In this document: piece after piece, positions 63,105-64,000 of the stretch
Numbering within the stretch: position 1 is the stretch's first letter
How the letters are laid out: every line of letters starts with the position of its first letter
Assembly: GCA_030390025.1 (NCBI GenBank)
Contig: CM059430.1
Coordinates: forward strand, 57,536,001 to 57,600,000
Length of the DNA: 64,000 nt
Origin: Squalus acanthias
Lineage: Eukaryota
Direction: 5' to 3'
Made by a program: the position numbers and the translations under genes
The notes under the pieces: model-generated
What the model saw: the letters and a program-made list of their open reading frames with translations, nothing else
What the model was told of the DNA's origin: nothing
Database searches by the model: none

Positions 63105-64000
63105 ATATCTCAGAGGCATAGAGTACAAAAGCAAGGGTGTTATGCTAAACCTTTATAAATCACTGGTTAGGCCCCAGCTGGAGTATTCTGTCCAATTCTG
63201 GGCTCGACAGTTTAGGACAGATGTCAAGGCCTTGGAGAGGGTGCAGTGGAGATTTACTACAATGGTACCCGGGATGAAAGACTTCAGTTATGTGGAGAGA
63301 CTGGAGAATCTGGGGTTGTTCTCCTTGGAGCAAAGAAGAGTAAAAGGAGATGTAACAGAAGTGTTCAAAATCATGAAGGGTTTTGATAGAGTAAACAAAG
63401 ACTAAACAAGGAGAAACTGTTCCAGTGACAGAAGAGTCGGTAACCATAGGACACCAGTGACAGAAGGGTCGGTAACCAGAGGATACAGACACAGACACAG
63501 ATTTAAGGTAATTGGCAAAAGAGGAAACTTTTTTTTTTTTTTACGCAGCAAGTTGTTGTGATCTGGAATGCACTGTCTGAAAAGGTGGTGGAAGCAGATT
63601 CAATAATAACTTTCAAAAGGGATTGGATACATATTTGAAGGGGAAAAATATGCAGAGCTATGGGGAAAGGGCAGGGGAGTGGGACTAGTTGGATAGCTCT
63701 TTCAAAGAGCCAGCACAGGCACAATGGGCCGAATGAACGCAAGAACATAAGAAACAGGAGCAGGAGTAGGCCATTCCGCCCCTCGAGCCTGCTCCGCCAT
63801 TCAATAAGATCATGGCTAATCTTCTACCTCATCTCCACTTTCCTGCCCTATCCCCATATCCCTTGATTCCCTTAATATCCAAAAATCTAATCGATCTCAG
63901 TCTTGAATATACTCAACGACGGAGCCTCCACAGCCCTCTGGGGTAGAGAATTCTAAAGATTCACAACCCTCTGAGTGAAGAAATTTCTCCTCATCTCAGT
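63105..64000. mobile_element. CR1 3' fragment (+, ~63105-63738) abutting a reverse CR1 tail (-, ~63741-64000)
   Basis: RGIEYKS...LVRPQLEYSVQFW; aagaacataagaaacaggagcagg tail. Confidence 0.85.

Overview
Vertebrate genomic DNA, most likely a cartilaginous fish (shark), inferred from Deu-domain tRNA SINEs, abundant CR1/L2 LINEs and Penelope-like elements. Three spliced genes were reconstructed by hand. (1) A + strand six-exon Ig-superfamily receptor gene (9435-21921, 362 aa): leader, germline-joined VJ-type V domain, C1-set domain, uncharged TM and a Tyr-motif tail. A possible second terminal exon with a canonical ITIM lies at ~23815-23894. (2) A - strand four-exon, 300-aa RBR-type (partial RING1-IBR-RING2) E3 ligase-like gene (34112-42316), preceded by a duplicated module with AICE, GAS and NF-kB motifs. 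(3) The last four coding exons of MBTPS1 (site-1 protease) on the - strand (54369-62278). The rest is repeat-rich: a four-level nested TE stack with target-site duplications (TSDs), several Penelope-like elements with minimal hammerhead ribozymes (one with an uninterrupted 607-codon RT-GIY-YIG frame), minisatellites, an 82-bp inverted duplication and an old ~1.3-kb tandem duplication. Gene models come from splice signals and reading phase only; no transcript or database evidence was available.
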